A stretch of DNA of 64,000 nt from Patescibacteria group bacterium (GTDB lineage Bacteria > Patescibacteriota > UBA1384 > XYA2-FULL-43-10): assembly GCA_041674405.1 (NCBI GenBank), contig JBAYVT010000002.1, positions 23,158-87,157 on the forward strand, given 5' to 3'. Positions 47,481 to 58,556 of the stretch are shown in pieces. A model generated the notes under the pieces. It was not told where the DNA came from and made no database searches. It saw only the letters and a program-made list of their open reading frames with translations. The position numbers and the translations under genes are program-made. Numbering within the stretch: position 1 is the stretch's first letter; every line of letters starts with the position of its first letter.

Positions 47481-47792
47481 TTAGATTTCCTCATCACCAT
47501 TAGCAAAAACGCCTGGAACTTTGAAAGATTTGGACTCAAATTCCGGTGCATTTAGCTCTATTTCGGCATATCCTATTTCCGATCTTTCAACTATGTCTTC
47601 GCGAGAAATATTGGTTAGTCCGGTAACCTGAGCAGTCGGTTCGACATTTTCCGTATTTACTTCGGACAGCTGGTCAACATATTCTAAAACGCTAGAGAGC
47701 TGTCGAGCAAACTTGTCTTTTTCCGGTTCGGAAAGATTCAGCCGTGCCAATTTGGCAATATATTCAACATCGGTTTTGGATAATTTCGCCAT
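47481..47792 (-). CDS. gatC: Asp/Glu-tRNA amidotransferase subunit C
   Basis: Start MAKLSKTDVEYIAKLARLNLSE, the typical GatC N-terminus. Confidence 0.9.
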   Translation of the reverse strand: MAKLSKTDVEYIAKLARLNLSEPEKDKFARQLSSVLEYVDQLSEVNTENVEPTAQVTGLTNISREDIVERSEIGYAEIELNAPEFESKSFKVPGVFANGDEEI

Positions 47793-47874
47793 AAACAAAA
47801 AAATATTAGCTCTTAGAAACCTAAACCGATCTTAGCACTATTCGTTTCTAGGTTCAAGCAACCAATTGCTATTT

Positions 47875-49254
47875 TTAAATCCTCTGGCAATCAAAAACAA
47901 CAGGATATTTATTATCAAAACAAGCTGAACAAAATCCTGTATTACCAGAAGCTCGATGTAGCCCATCTAGGCTCAAATAATGCACTCCCTCTACTCCGAG
48001 GTATTTTTCCAGTGCCGGCAAATCAAGTTTGGAGGCAATTAATTCCTCTTCTTTTGCCATATCAATGCCATAGTAACACGGGTGTTTTACTGGTGGGCTC
48101 GCTACAATTATTCGGATTTCCTTTGCACCGGCTTCGCGTACCATTTTTACGATTTCCTTAGATGTCGAGCCACGAACAATAGAATCATCAACCAGGCCAA
48201 CTCGCTTGCCATTGATTAATTTTTTTAACACATTTAATTTCAAACGTACTCCCGAGATCCTGACTGAACTTGAAGGATCAATAAAAAGACGTTTTGCTTG
48301 GGGTGTTTTAATGATTCCCCTGCCATATGAGACACCCGAGGCGCTGTGAAATCCAATTGCCGATGCGATTCCTGAGTCTGGAATTGGAACAATAATATCT
48401 AGCTTCTTTTTTAATATCTGATTTTCTTCAAATAAAATTTTCCCTAATTTATGGCGAAACATTTCATTCGGAGTACCGTTCAAAATACTATCCGGCCTTG
48501 ATAAATATATTTTCTCAAAAACACAAAAACTAACCTTACTTCCTCCATGCAAATATTTACTGGATATTATCTTTCCACTGGAGAAAACTAGCATAGTGCC
48601 CGCCCCAACCTCCTTTATATTTTTTGCACCCATTTGATCCAGAGCACAAGTTTCAGAAGCAAGCATAAAAATAGTTTCTTCGTTAGTTTTTGCCCTCCCA
48701 TAAAAAAGAGGCCTGATTCCTTTCGGATCACGTACAGCGATTAATTTTTTAGCGGTTAAAACAAGAAGAGAAAAGGATCCACAAATTCGATTACAAGTTT
48801 CAGCGACTGCTTGTTCAATAGTTTTTTCATTTGAATGCGCAATCAACGATGCAATTAATTCTGTGTCGCTATCTCCTGATAACTTAATTCGGCGGCTTAT
48901 CATTTCTTGGCGTAATTTAGAACTATCAATATTGCCGTTATGAACAACTGAAACATGATATTTTCCTCTTTTTTCAACTGGCTGGGCATTTTCTATAACT
49001 GATCCTCCGGTTGTCGAATAACGATTTTGCCCGACTGCAATATTGCCGGTAAGCGGAGTAATAGTTTCTTGGCGAAAAATTTCGCTTACCAGTCCTTGTT
49101 TTTTGTATGTCTTGATTCTTTTGCCGTTTGATACCGAAATTCCAGCAGATTCTTGTCCCCGGCCCTGAATACTCTGAAGACCAATAACAAGAAGGCTTGC
49201 CAACATGAATGAATCCTTATTTTTTTCGGATATCGCTCCAACTATTCCACACAT
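47875..49254 (-). CDS. purF: Amidophosphoribosyltransferase
   Basis: 459 aa. N-terminal MCGIVG (Ntn Cys), PRPP-binding VGLVDDSIVRGST. Confidence 0.95.
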   Translation of the reverse strand: MCGIVGAISEKNKDSFMLASLLVIGLQSIQGRGQESAGISVSNGKRIKTYKKQGLVSEIFRQETITPLTGNIAVGQNRYSTTGGSVIENAQPVEKRGKYHVSVVHNGNIDSSKLRQEMISRRIKLSGDSDTELIASLIAHSNEKTIEQAVAETCNRICGSFSLLVLTAKKLIAVRDPKGIRPLFYGRAKTNEETIFMLASETCALDQMGAKNIKEVGAGTMLVFSSGKIISSKYLHGGSKVSFCVFEKIYLSRPDSILNGTPNEMFRHKLGKILFEENQILKKKLDIIVPIPDSGIASAIGFHSASGVSYGRGIIKTPQAKRLFIDPSSSVRISGVRLKLNVLKKLINGKRVGLVDDSIVRGSTSKEIVKMVREAGAKEIRIIVASPPVKHPCYYGIDMAKEEELIASKLDLPALEKYLGVEGVHYLSLDGLHRASGNTGFCSACFDNKYPVVFDCQRI

Positions 49255-49436
49255 GGTAATCCTTTTGTAATTAAAACTAAATCATCCCAATTTCATCTTA
49301 TATCTTTTACCCTGAAATACAAAAAATGCATTAAAATTTTGTGCACATTTTTTGTTCTCCTAGATGATTTGATATTTAAATCGGGAAAATTTGATTAAGG
49401 GAAGATATATATCCTAACCAAAATAAATCAGAGCGA

Positions 49437-49465
49437 TTGACAAAACTACCCTTATGTTATAATAT
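49437..49465 (+). promoter_or_regulatory. Near-consensus promoter in front of island ORF A
   Basis: TTGACA (49437..49442). TGT-TATAAT at 49455..49463 gives a 15-nt spacer; the alternative TAATAT at 49460..49465 gives a 17-nt spacer. The track ORF start at 49437 is just the TTG of this -35 box. Confidence 0.6.
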
Positions 49466-49508
49466 TCCAAGTTGGACTCATACACCGACATACAGGCTAC
49501 AGGAGGAG

Positions 49509-50102
49509 ATGTTCGTGATCGACAAAGTTAGAGAGTTCAAACCATGGGAGAAGCCGAGGGCTGACGGGAAGCACAGCATCAGCTTCTTGATCGGGTTTCG
49601 TGCCGTACTTGCGATCCCGATCCAGCACTATGACGCCGTTCTCGGCGGTCTCTACTGCGTCGCCGTCCTCCTGCTTAGAGAGGATGGGGACCATGAGATC
49701 AGAGACCGGTCGAGCGGGCTCTTGGAAATCTTGGCAGGCCGAGAACAGGATAACCTGCCACTTTCCGATCCGGCCAAGCTCGAGATGTTGGTCGGGGTCC
49801 TGTCTTCGATCTCATCCAACTCGACCGCCTACCGGCTGTACAGGAACACGGCAACCCGCAGGGTCGTGATCGTCCGCGAGGAAGGCGAAATCGGCGAAGG
49901 GGCTACAGAGAAACCTGAGAAAAGACCAGCAGGCATCGCTGCCTGGTCCGTCGAAAGGTTCAATGAATGTCTCGCTCGTGGCCACCACCGGTTCGAGGGA
50001 CGCATTCTGGTGAACAACCGAGGGGGCCAGCCTTACGAGCTGATGGTGTGCACTGACTGCAGAGTCACGATCGCAGCGATGCAAGTGATCCCGGGCAAAT
50101 AG
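49509..50102 (+). CDS. Orphan protein A of the G+C-rich island (about 195 aa)
   Basis: AGGAGG at 49501..49506. The start is ATG 49509 (2-nt spacing) or, more plausibly, GTG 49515 (8-nt spacing). 73 of the first 100 codons end in G/C (hand count), unlike host genes. C-terminal Cys/His pattern NECLARGHHRF...MVCTDCRV. No family recognised. Confidence 0.7.
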   Translation: MFVIDKVREFKPWEKPRADGKHSISFLIGFRAVLAIPIQHYDAVLGGLYCVAVLLLREDGDHEIRDRSSGLLEILAGREQDNLPLSDPAKLEMLVGVLSSISSNSTAYRLYRNTATRRVVIVREEGEIGEGATEKPEKRPAGIAAWSVERFNECLARGHHRFEGRILVNNRGGQPYELMVCTDCRVTIAAMQVIPGK

Positions 50103-50126
50103 CCCAAGAAGGAGGATAGAGCCGAG

Positions 50127-50160
50127 CGGCCCCGATTCAATTCGGGGTCGTTCTGCGTTT
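50127..50160 (+). terminator. Intrinsic terminator after island ORF A
   Basis: Stem cggccccga / tcggggtcg (one G-U pair) with loop ttcaat, then ttctgcgtttt. Confidence 0.6.
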
Positions 50161-50177
50161 TATCCACAGCAATATTT

Positions 50178-50207
50178 TTGACAGCGGTATATATCAAGTG
50201 GTAAGTC
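50178..50207 (+). promoter_or_regulatory. Possible promoter in front of island ORF B
   Basis: Perfect TTGACA (50178..50183), but only a weak -10 (TGgTAAGTC around 50199..50207). Confidence 0.35.
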
Positions 50208-50246
50208 TAAAATAGATCGTATTACTTCCGCATCGGGGTGATTTTG

Positions 50247-50639
50247 ATGGGAAGTTCGTCAGGTCGGCGTCGACGCCCGTCTTCGGTATGGAAGCAAGCA
50301 TACCGCGCGAATGGTAAAGCTCACAAGCTCACCAAGTCGGGCGAAGACGAGAAGGCTGCCGAGGCGTTTTACCAGAAGGTAGGCTGTGTCTGCGAGACAT
50401 CGCTTACCCCAGGCTTTACGCAATGGCAATGGGATCCTGTCGTAGAAGCCGTCTCGGTATCTCTAGCACACCCGCCGAAGAAAGAACGGCACAAGCGACT
50501 CCATGTTCCTCCAGACGTACTGGAGGAATACATCAGAGGGAACGGCTTTTCAAGCCGCGAAAGGAACTTCCTTCTGAAGCGCCTTCGGCAAGTACTTCGG
50601 TACCGAGAGAAAGGCGCTCCCCAACCTTACGTTCGGTAG
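50247..50639 (+). CDS. Orphan protein B of the G+C-rich island (about 130 aa, basic)
   Basis: ATG 50247 lies 6 nt after ggggtg. The track start GTG 50238 is an alternative. Arg/Lys-rich (GRRRRPSS, KKERHKRLH, LKRLRQVLRYREK). G+C-rich codon usage. No family recognised. Confidence 0.6.
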   Translation: MGSSSGRRRRPSSVWKQAYRANGKAHKLTKSGEDEKAAEAFYQKVGCVCETSLTPGFTQWQWDPVVEAVSVSLAHPPKKERHKRLHVPPDVLEEYIRGNGFSSRERNFLLKRLRQVLRYREKGAPQPYVR

Positions 50640-50671
50640 GCAACCCTACTCTATCAACCCCGCAGTAACCT

Positions 50672-50710
50672 CGCGCGGGCCATCCGTGGCTCGCGCGTTC
50701 CCCGTTTTTT
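50672..50710 (+). terminator. Strong intrinsic terminator closing the island
   Basis: 11-bp stem cgcgcgggcca / tggctcgcgcg (one G-U pair) with loop tccg, followed by ttccccgtttttt. Confidence 0.75.
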
Positions 50711-50721
50711 AGTACAAAATT

Positions 50722-53438
<2,717 letters not shown>

Positions 53439-53445
53439 AGCCGTA

Positions 53446-54348
53446 TTATACGCTCATCTTGTTAAGCGCAGCAATTCTTTCTGAAATCGGCGGATGGGTG
53501 GAAAATATTTTTTGAAAATACGATTCTTTCTTTCCAAACGGATCAGAAATATAAAGATGAGCGGTGGCACCGGAAACTTTTCGCATTGGGCGTGAATATC
53601 CGCCAATCTTTTTTAATGCTCCCGCCAAACCTTCGGGATAACGGGTCAGAAGTGCTCCGGATGAGTCGGCCAAGAATTCCCGTTTTCTCGAAATTGCCAG
53701 CTGAATTAACGTTGCCGCAATCGGAGCCAAGATTGCTGCCACAAGAGCCACTATTAAGAGAATCGCCTGAAGCTGTCCATCACCCCCCGAATCACGATTT
53801 CTCCCCCCAAAACCAAACCATCGCGAACGCAGAAACAAGTCTGATAATAAGGTAATGACACCAACCAAAACGACGACAATCATCATAAGGCGTGTGTCAT
53901 AATTGCCAACATGCGATAATTCGTGCGCAATCACACCTTCCAATTCGTTTTTATCAAGGATATCCAAAAGTCCTGTAGTTACTGCCAAAGACGCATGTTT
54001 AGGATCCCGACCAGTGGCAAAAGCATTCGGTGCATCGTCGGAAATGATATAAATCTCCGGCATCGGAAGGCCCGCTGTAATGGTAAGATTTTCAACAATG
54101 CGAAATAATGGCTCATTGCTTTTGCGATTAAGCTTTTGCGCCCCAGATATTGATAATGCAATTTTGTCACCAGAAAAATAACTCAAAAGCCCTTGAATTA
54201 AGGCTATCACAATCGCGAAGTACAGAATAACCGGCGAGTTGAAAGCATAAGAAAAAACAAAACCAAGAGCAATGACAATAACAACGAAGAATAACAAAAG
54301 TATTCCCGACCTCCATTTATTGGTATCGATGTTTTGATAGATTGTCAT
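53446..54348 (-). CDS. htpX: Zinc metalloprotease HtpX (M48)
   Basis: 300 aa. HELSHV, TM helices, C-terminal STHPPISERI. Confidence 0.92.
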   Translation of the reverse strand: MTIYQNIDTNKWRSGILLLFFVVIVIALGFVFSYAFNSPVILYFAIVIALIQGLLSYFSGDKIALSISGAQKLNRKSNEPLFRIVENLTITAGLPMPEIYIISDDAPNAFATGRDPKHASLAVTTGLLDILDKNELEGVIAHELSHVGNYDTRLMMIVVVLVGVITLLSDLFLRSRWFGFGGRNRDSGGDGQLQAILLIVALVAAILAPIAATLIQLAISRKREFLADSSGALLTRYPEGLAGALKKIGGYSRPMRKVSGATAHLYISDPFGKKESYFQKIFSTHPPISERIAALNKMSV

Positions 54349-54354
54349 TACGAC

Positions 54355-54657
54355 CTAAAAAATTATGTGTTCAATTTTTTTGCCAACAACAGGAAGAGGT
54401 TTGATTTGGCCTTTTAGGGCTGCAATTATTCCAAGAATCATAACTACAAGGTTGAAAAGTGCCAAAATCGGGCCGAGAACCCAACCTATCAGCGGGATAG
54501 CCAGCACAAAAGGAACCGCTGCCCACAAAAGAAGCAGGACCGTCCCTTGCTTTGCGTGATAAAAGACATAATCGTCATCACGATAAAATAAGAGTGGAAT
54601 TACAACTAAAATTAGCAGATAACAAAGAACAGCAGCCATAATGCTAGTCTTTCTCAA
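54355..54657 (-). CDS. Small membrane protein, DUF4870-like
   Basis: 100 aa with 3 TM helices. YHAKQGTVLLL resembles the DUF4870 core. Confidence 0.55.
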   Translation of the reverse strand: MRKTSIMAAVLCYLLILVVIPLLFYRDDDYVFYHAKQGTVLLLLWAAVPFVLAIPLIGWVLGPILALFNLVVMILGIIAALKGQIKPLPVVGKKIEHIIF

Positions 54658-54684
54658 GGTAGCCTCCCGCTAAATTACAAAAAA

Positions 54685-55026
54685 TTATTTAATCAAGCGA
54701 ATTGCAAATGGATATTTGTAATCTTCACCTTTGGATACGGCAACAGCAGCCATGATGCAGAAGATCAAGTTGACGATCGCGACCGCTGAAACGATCAAAG
54801 TTCCGATCAAGATTATTGTCAAAATCCATCCAATGATATAGCCGATAAGCACCGTAATTTGGAAATTCAAAGCTTCCTTGGCTTGGTTTTTGACATAACC
54901 CTCTTCCGGTTTTGTAAGATAAATTACAAGCGGACCAATAAACCCGATTACAATACCTAAAACATGTGCCAAAATTGCAAGAGTATTATCTTCGCTCTTG
55001 CTTGGCGCTGGTTTTTCTTCTGGCAT
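54685..55026 (-). CDS. Small membrane protein, DUF4870-like
   Basis: 113 aa. LAILAHVLGIV...QAKEALNFQITVLI pattern. Confidence 0.62.
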   Translation of the reverse strand: MPEEKPAPSKSEDNTLAILAHVLGIVIGFIGPLVIYLTKPEEGYVKNQAKEALNFQITVLIGYIIGWILTIILIGTLIVSAVAIVNLIFCIMAAVAVSKGEDYKYPFAIRLIK

Positions 55027-55052
55027 ACAAACTCCCTTAAATTATTTAATAT

Positions 55053-55613
55053 TTAGCTAAAATTAACCTTAGCTGGCTGTTTCTCCGCTTCATTCTCAAC
55101 TTCAAATAATTCCTTAGACTTAAAGCCAAACATCGAAGCAATAATGTTCGAGGGGAAACTTTGGATAGCAATGTTTAGTTCGCGAACATTGCCATTGTAA
55201 AACCTGCGGGCAGCCTGAATTTTATCTTCTGTGTCTGTAAGCTCGTCCTGCAGTTTGCCAAAGTTTTCATTGGCTTTGAGCTGTGGGTAGTTTTCAGCAA
55301 TTGCGAAAATTGATTTAAGGGCTTCGGAAATTTGATTTTCCGCCTTACCCTTTTCCGTAAGATTTCCAGCTTTAAGCGCATCTGCACGTGCCTTGGTCAC
55401 ATTTTCAAAAACTTCTTTTTCATGTTTTTCGTAACCTTTGACTGTTTCGACTAAGTTGGGAATCAGGTCATACCTACGTTTCAACTGAACATCAATATCA
55501 CTCCACGCCTCTTCGGATCGAACTTTCAAGGTAACAAGCTTGTTGTAGCCAGCAATCAAAGCAATAAGTATTATTGCTACGATTATAATTATGATCCAAA
55601 CAGCTATCGACAT
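55053..55613 (-). CDS. lemA: LemA family protein
   Basis: 186 aa. N-terminal TM helix, YNKLV, RRYDLIPNLV, ENYPQLKA, ARRFYN. Confidence 0.9.
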   Translation of the reverse strand: MSIAVWIIIIIVAIILIALIAGYNKLVTLKVRSEEAWSDIDVQLKRRYDLIPNLVETVKGYEKHEKEVFENVTKARADALKAGNLTEKGKAENQISEALKSIFAIAENYPQLKANENFGKLQDELTDTEDKIQAARRFYNGNVRELNIAIQSFPSNIIASMFGFKSKELFEVENEAEKQPAKVNFS

Positions 55614-55671
55614 AATATTCCTTTTTTATGAACTTCGTTCTACAGACTCATAACTCAATATGCCTTAACTC

Positions 55672-58053
55672 TCAATTATTATACACATAATGCAAGTATA
55701 TGTCACCAGATTTTGTTATTTCTTTGTCATTTAAATTCTCGAATCGGGCTGAAAGCCGGAATGTTTTACCATCAGATACATAGCCATAAAACCAGCCCTC
55801 AGACGATTTTGGATCTGCCGGAATCACATCGATATAAGTTGGCACAATTGCCTTTTCGACTAGATTGCCAGCCGTATTTATATTAAGCAAGGCCGAAGAT
55901 ATCGGATATTTACCATATTTTTGCTTATAAGCTTCAAGACCGCCTTTGATTTTGGCAAGATCTGATCTGCGTAAATTGTCATTTGTTTCTGCCGTTGACG
56001 CTTGTGCGTTGCTTGAAGACCCGTAAGTGCTGCCAGGGGTAGTATCCGAGCTTGATGATGAAGAACTCGTTGCAATTTCTATTTTATCACCAAGGCTTGG
56101 TATCGTAATGGTATTTTCTACATCGTAACCGGAAAAGTCTATATTTATCTCAGCCCGTGTTACAGAAGAAGAAATAGATGGGATGATAATCAGGTCAGCT
56201 TTGTGTATGAGATGGTCTGAAATTCCAATCCAAATATTGCCATCGATTTTTTGTACCATTTCACTCTTTATCCCTAATTTATCAAATATTCCGCCGATTT
56301 CAAGTTTGTCTATCTGGTAATTGTAACATCGTACTCCTCCGATTTTCTCGTTAGCAACACGGCTACCAATGATGGAAAAACCTTGGTCTGGTTTGGCTGC
56401 ATAGAATTGGGACATAGCATTTCCACTATCTGCCAGTGCCGAAAGTTTATAATCAAGCCACTTGTTCGGGTCTGCTTTTTCGTTAAATTTTATATCACTT
56501 CCCGCTTTAACATATAAATCGTTGGCTGAATTCAACAAAGAAATTTTGCTGTCTGATCCTACTAATTTTTTAACTGTGATGTCCAGAGAGAATGCATTTT
56601 TGTTGGACGAACCAGAAAACGTAAAATCCAGCTGCTTTACTGTGGTTTCTTGTGATTGGTAGCTTGGATAAGAAGACTGGTCCCCTAAATTAGTTGTGGA
56701 ATTGGTGGCAGAATTATTTGCCGAATTTGAATTGTCCGTTGCGGAGTCAACAGATGGTGTAGAAGAATATGACGAACTACCATAAATATCGGATGCTGTA
56801 GAATCCGTGCTCGTCGAAGAATCACCAGAATAATAGCTTTCGTATTGGGCCAATACTCCGGAAATTGAATTGCTTATTTCGCTGTCAGATAGTGCATAAG
56901 GAAGGGCAATGGCCGACACAAGCGGCGAGGTTATGTTTGAATTTATTGTTTTATTGACGGTCAGAGACAAGGTTCCGGACATTTTAAAATTCGGATGATT
57001 TTGATTGTTGGCAACTGCTATTGCTAGAGCTTTTTCTGGATTTTTTGGCAGGCCACCCCACAAGTTCTCAAGGCCAATAGCACCATAAATATTTTCGAGC
57101 CCCAATGACATTACGCCGGCTTCGGTTAAAAACGTGACCGCCACAATCAACAGAATTGCGCACGAAGTAATTACAAAAGCCGGCCTTTTCAAAAGGGGTG
57201 GTTTACTGCTTTTGGCAAACTGGGGAGCTGCACCCACCTGCTTAGCACCCGATTGCATAGGTTTCACAGGCGCACCGGAAACAGAAGGCATTTTTGCGTA
57301 TGGCGGAACAGCAGCCGTTGTATTATTCGTCTTTGCTTGGCTGGGATTTACCGGTAACGTTGGCAAAACCGGCTCACCCACGGGCTTTTCGGAAGAAGGT
57401 TTGCGTTTTTTAAAAAATCCAAATATACCGGCCTTCTTGGGCTTGTTAATAGATGGCATATCCGAAGAAACCGGCTTATTAATTTCCGGCTGCTTGATAT
57501 CACTTAGAGAATTATTTGTAGTTTTTTGGGTATTGACCGGTTGTTGAGGCAGTGGCGGCATTGCCGCATCTTCCAATTGTTTTCCATCAGGCGTCGATAA
57601 ATCAATAACCGGTGGCGAGGATTTTTCTTGGGGCAAATTTTCAGTAACATCGGGCTTGCTTGCATTTTCGACAATCTGATTTCCAGCAGGATCAATCTTT
57701 GGTTGTGGTTGCTCTAAAAGAGGGCCAACGGGCGTAGTTTCTGGTTTAGCCATTTCGGCTGTTTCGGTTGCCTTTTTGGAGGCTACTTCTGGTGCAGTAT
57801 TTGGTTTATTTGCCGGCACAGAAGCTTGGTCATTGGCAGCAACAGACGAAGCAGGAATTTTTTTGCCAACCTGCTCGTCAATCTCCTTGGGAATGTTAAA
57901 AGGAACGGGTTTTTCCTCCGGTTCATTAGAAACATTTTCATTATCCAATGTTCCGACAATTTTGGGCTTATTTCCTTCTTCGGGAAGATCAACTGGGTCG
58001 TCCCAGGGACTGCCTCCGGTTCCCGAAGCGGTATTTGTATCGTCTAGGTCCAT
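55672..58053 (-). CDS. Large single-pass membrane protein: disordered Pro-rich N-terminus, TM helix, Ser/Thr-rich ectodomain, pilin-like C-terminal module
   Basis: 793 aa. About 290 aa of low-complexity P/K/Q-rich sequence, TM helix PAFVITSCAILLIVAVTFL, poly-Ser tracts, and a C-terminal RRSDLAKIKGGLEAYKQKYGKYP segment reminiscent of type IV pilin-like proteins. Confidence 0.7.
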   Translation of the reverse strand: MDLDDTNTASGTGGSPWDDPVDLPEEGNKPKIVGTLDNENVSNEPEEKPVPFNIPKEIDEQVGKKIPASSVAANDQASVPANKPNTAPEVASKKATETAEMAKPETTPVGPLLEQPQPKIDPAGNQIVENASKPDVTENLPQEKSSPPVIDLSTPDGKQLEDAAMPPLPQQPVNTQKTTNNSLSDIKQPEINKPVSSDMPSINKPKKAGIFGFFKKRKPSSEKPVGEPVLPTLPVNPSQAKTNNTTAAVPPYAKMPSVSGAPVKPMQSGAKQVGAAPQFAKSSKPPLLKRPAFVITSCAILLIVAVTFLTEAGVMSLGLENIYGAIGLENLWGGLPKNPEKALAIAVANNQNHPNFKMSGTLSLTVNKTINSNITSPLVSAIALPYALSDSEISNSISGVLAQYESYYSGDSSTSTDSTASDIYGSSSYSSTPSVDSATDNSNSANNSATNSTTNLGDQSSYPSYQSQETTVKQLDFTFSGSSNKNAFSLDITVKKLVGSDSKISLLNSANDLYVKAGSDIKFNEKADPNKWLDYKLSALADSGNAMSQFYAAKPDQGFSIIGSRVANEKIGGVRCYNYQIDKLEIGGIFDKLGIKSEMVQKIDGNIWIGISDHLIHKADLIIIPSISSSVTRAEINIDFSGYDVENTITIPSLGDKIEIATSSSSSSSDTTPGSTYGSSSNAQASTAETNDNLRRSDLAKIKGGLEAYKQKYGKYPISSALLNINTAGNLVEKAIVPTYIDVIPADPKSSEGWFYGYVSDGKTFRLSARFENLNDKEITKSGDIYLHYVYNN

Positions 58054-58117
58054 TACCCCTCACTGCTAATCATGCATATTATAAGATTAATCGCACCTAA
58101 GAACAAGCCTTGGCGGT

Positions 58118-58552
58118 TCATTTCAATTCAATTTTAACCATAAGCTCAAATTCTTTTCCTCCAATAACGATTTTTACCGAATGATCCCCTTCGTCTTTGA
58201 GCGCCCCCTTTAAGTTAACTTTTTCTGCGTGTATTTGATATTTTTCGGCAAGCTCGTCTTCTATTTTCTTGGCATTTATGCCGGTATAGGCTTTTTTACC
58301 CTTTTCCGCTTTAAGGACAAAGTTCAAATTTAAATTTTGAATTGATTCCGCCAAATCTTTCGAACGGCTTTCGTCTTCCTCTTTCTCTTTGTTTATAAGA
58401 TATTCTGATTCCAATTTTTTGGCACGTGAATCAGTAGCATAAAATGCCAGCCCTTTTGGAATCAGATAATTTCGCGCAAATCCCGGCTTAACATTCCTGC
58501 GCTCTCCCAACTCCCCTATACCTTCTAATTTCTTGGTAAAAATTACTTCCAT
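58118..58552 (-). CDS. rplI: 50S ribosomal protein L9
   Basis: 144 aa. MEVIFTKKLEGIGELGERRNVKPGFARNYLIPKGLA. Confidence 0.93.
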   Translation of the reverse strand: MEVIFTKKLEGIGELGERRNVKPGFARNYLIPKGLAFYATDSRAKKLESEYLINKEKEEDESRSKDLAESIQNLNLNFVLKAEKGKKAYTGINAKKIEDELAEKYQIHAEKVNLKGALKDEGDHSVKIVIGGKEFELMVKIELK

Positions 58553-58556
58553 AAAC

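Noticed and set aside
49331-49348. Five-codon mini-ORF (MCTKF) with an aggag RBS in the purF upstream region, as a possible leader peptide or riboswitch
   Set aside because: It is too short to evaluate, I could not trace a terminator/antiterminator pair or a purine/ZTP riboswitch-like structure, and the region is simply AT-rich.
49437-49508. N-terminal 24 codons of the track ORF 49437..50102 (MTKLPLCYNIPSW...)
   Set aside because: The supposed TTG start is the TTG of a TTGACA -35 box, and the segment is AT-rich promoter and 5'-UTR. The AGGAGG at 49501 points to a start at 49509 or 49515.
49480-50700. Alternative reading of the G+C-rich island as large structured RNAs rather than proteins
   Set aside because: One frame stays open for about 200 and 130 codons, and the third-codon position is strongly G/C-biased (73 of 100 codons counted). 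This periodicity is expected for coding sequence, not RNA. The overlapping ORFs on both strands (49497..49694, 49600..49869, 49812..50084, 49829..50017, 50423..50668) are typical high-GC shadow frames.
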